Positions 63,401-64,000 of a DNA stretch of 64,000 bases are shown here, in pieces. Made by a program: the position numbers and the translations under genes. The stretch is from NCBI GenBank assembly GCA_023818695.1, contig JAMWCF010000002.1:66-64065 (forward strand), read 5' to 3'. The stretch comes from Candidatus Omnitrophota bacterium (GTDB taxonomy: Bacteria > Omnitrophota > Gorgyraeia > 1-14-0-20-64-10). The notes under the pieces were generated by a model, which saw only the letters and a program-made list of their open reading frames with translations, had not been told where the DNA came from and ran no database searches. How positions within the stretch are numbered: the first letter of the stretch is position 1; each line of letters opens with the position of its first letter.

Positions 63401-64000
63401 TCACTTACGAGGGTTATATCTACCGGGTGGAGGTGGAGGCCGCCGCCCTCGTTGAGTCTTCGGATGTCCAGGGTTCCTTCATCGGCAAAAAATCTGTCGT
63501 GCAGGGAAGCGCGATCGTCATCAGCCAGCTCGGTGACGAGACCGATTCCCATAGAGTCAAGTGGAGTTTGGTCACCGCGCCGGCCGGGCATCTGCAGGTG
63601 CAGGGAATCCAGCGGCTGCCGGGGAGGGAGATCCCGGCCGCCACCGAGATTTCCGAAACCGCCATCCTGGGGGTGTCGGACATCGATTACCGGGGCACGC
63701 AGTTTTCCATCCGGAACACCGGCTACACCGAGATGGTGGCGCTCAACCGGATCCCGCTGGCCTCCTATTTCGGGAAAAACCTTTCCTTCGCCTGGTATCC
63801 CAAGCAGGTCCCGCCCCTGATGCTGCTGGGAGACGGGGCGATCTTTTCCATCTTTGCCGGCGCCCCCAACCCGCAGAGCATTAAGACCGACGGTACCCCG
63901 ACGCCGGGCGTCATTACCAGGATCAGCGGCGCTCCGGGTGAGCAGACCAGCCAGCATGGCCGGATCGTGGCCGATCCGATGACGGTGGTGGCCGGCTTCA
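60481..64000 (+). CDS. Giant multi-enzyme protein C, 3' end beyond the window (at least 1173 aa): anchor/leader, GlmU-like nucleotidyltransferase, spermidine-synthase-like Rossmann domain, hexapeptide/LbH region
   Basis: This ORF is not in the supplied track, presumably because it has no stop in the window.
- I translated frame 1 from the ATG at 60481 to 63999 by hand and found no stop codon.
- The N-terminus is MTEKKSINQAVKLIAWVLMHALVVTQACPASVWSAPAHSADGQTLRVQQPESDVSRAQIAGRLAASAGLEE, nearly the same leader as giant B.
- Other motifs: NTVIVIAAGGGGARF, WLVLYGDDPVL and FNTGVMKL (GlmU/NTP-transferase-like, ~61006-61800); EIWILGGGDGRVGIAAAVLAKVKKAVFVEVDDGAL (spermidine-synthase-type GGGDG, ~62490-62610); hexapeptide-like ISPSSTVEGKASRLEAGAVVKDGSAVVDSVIQRNAHLIASIAESARI (~63140-63290). 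Confidence 0.85.
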   Translation, partial: MTEKKSINQAVKLIAWVLMHALVVTQACPASVWSAPAHSADGQTLRVQQPESDVSRAQIAGRLAASAGLEELTPAKLIDGWSGFSQPDRKRLGDQLRRLADKPTLARLVEYAQNSINPPYTLYELLAKVLGQPIPVVQAMVEGLNPSAYRPPQTISIGESHPILWNADEVRQHLENTVIVIAAGGGGARFKRSLWTKLREQLERNHRLEKPTVMVGPSGTSPVVHTLEEISELARLVGAKNVRVVVVASPDSMEAVQGDIKKNSRFVDPKRVKVRVTEQKTHPSFHTTSGKILTTTDEQGRPVLLRNPNGTYGAFSAGYELAKKEGFAAGKSWLVLYGDDPVLNSGDFIARVLTIGKDLDVAPIVTRKISRTNPVGGTLVDVELSPGLVLPLIIEKAEREPNAAAGIPGLPAFNQVEDAAAQTGNDPFGFNTGVMKLSARAAEVAGGLILPIRHADRERDDLPGNMRRNMELFATHIPTYVIGTHPEMTYRPLQVELEQYGATKDYGKVVEANLSRDARSRQRLNQLLQAAPAVQVQIGENVYLDIRPSFQGFKGKGTLELKGPMGVVLSRDGLTAVRIIERHAEGNNHPLYADPGQGQQIIAATNGIIDLTGDQVVDGSQIFAGQEEPVQILKSYFPDQLQGPGEKPFWMQGLTPVDTLAQIIPAAQLDSNSEIWILGGGDGRVGIAAAVLAKVKKAVFVEVDDGALAAIHAAADHFVGLGLVNRSQIGIMQANIFSPDFQVGPDATHIYHTVGGAYNPEGHGAEQVIPKNVFPQVIEKIKQAPVGTRVIFYLGAEGEVPHYYEQAVISSGLNPWFVSGLDQNIVQIYRVPSAGLEQMPPSPITGWIAADLGNGWRRLLYQLQNGDAWFGGLVRNDVPDSQIDDTAYISPSSTVEGKASRLEAGAVVKDGSAVVDSVIQRNAHLIASIAESARIRPMAALKGAVVRPAYEEDDWSYSGATSSDPRLSVKHHEVTYEGYIYRVEVEAAALVESSDVQGSFIGKKSVVQGSAIVISQLGDETDSHRVKWSLVTAPAGHLQVQGIQRLPGREIPAATEISETAILGVSDIDYRGTQFSIRNTGYTEMVALNRIPLASYFGKNLSFAWYPKQVPPLMLLGDGAIFSIFAGAPNPQSIKTDGTPTPGVITRISGAPGEQTSQHGRIVADPMTVVAGF

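Overview
GC-rich bacterial window (probably an uncultivated lineage; I cannot assign taxonomy). Genes are tightly packed, almost all on the + strand, and many junctions overlap by 4 nt. All calls come from reading the translated ORFs and the DNA by eye; no database search was run.

Order of content:
(1) 1-5471: 3' part of a giant surface-type protein with 12 tandem ~100-aa Asp-box repeats.
(2) 5443-15580: one translationally coupled gene string. It holds a small anchored protein, then a complete-looking F1 plus c-ring and b/delta ATPase set in the order epsilon-c-b/delta-alpha-gamma-beta with no a-subunit gene. This runs straight into a stand-alone MshEN-domain protein, GspE/PilB ATPase, GspF/PilC platform and a SurA-like secreted protein.
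(3) 15519-20729: two sensor kinases (GAF-HK; CHASE-PAS-HK with a degenerate GGDEF tail) and a single-domain response regulator.
(4) 20737-25213: pseudopilins G/I-like/J-like/K-like, a PilM-PilN (GspL-like) fusion and a GspM/PilO-like protein. No secretin or prepilin peptidase is present.
(5) 25223-35747: an MtnX-like HAD phosphatase, then an amino-sugar/chitobiose locus. It contains an ABC SBP-permease fusion, a second permease with an extracytoplasmic insert, NagA, a TIM-barrel protein, a ROK regulator and a GH94 phosphorylase.
(6) 35750-64000: the most unusual part. After an AT-rich palindromic island comes an operon of a Tiki/TraB/ChaN-like protein followed by three consecutive giant ORFs (3363 aa, ~4160 aa, and a third of at least 1173 aa).
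- The third giant ORF runs off the window and is absent from the supplied ORF track.
- The giants are chains of normally stand-alone cytoplasmic amino-sugar and nucleotide-sugar enzyme modules. These include GlmS-like, SIS, ACT, hexapeptide/LbH, nucleotide-sugar dehydrogenase-like, ATP-grasp, REC-like, GHMP kinase, GlmU-like nucleotidyltransferase and a spermidine-synthase-like Rossmann fold, plus a C39/papain-like peptidase.
- They share a conserved N-terminal anchor/leader and a conserved ~165-190 aa C-terminal domain ending ATLALQA (seen for the two giants whose ends are visible).
- They also share a recurrent S/Q-A-G-L-E-[E/G/Q] motif, mostly at apparent module boundaries.

A bipartite GC-rich intergenic element occurs twice (16839-17213 and 26000-26087). 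One copy carries a ~280-nt hairpin-rich insertion. No rRNA, tRNA, CRISPR array, transposase or integrase was recognised.
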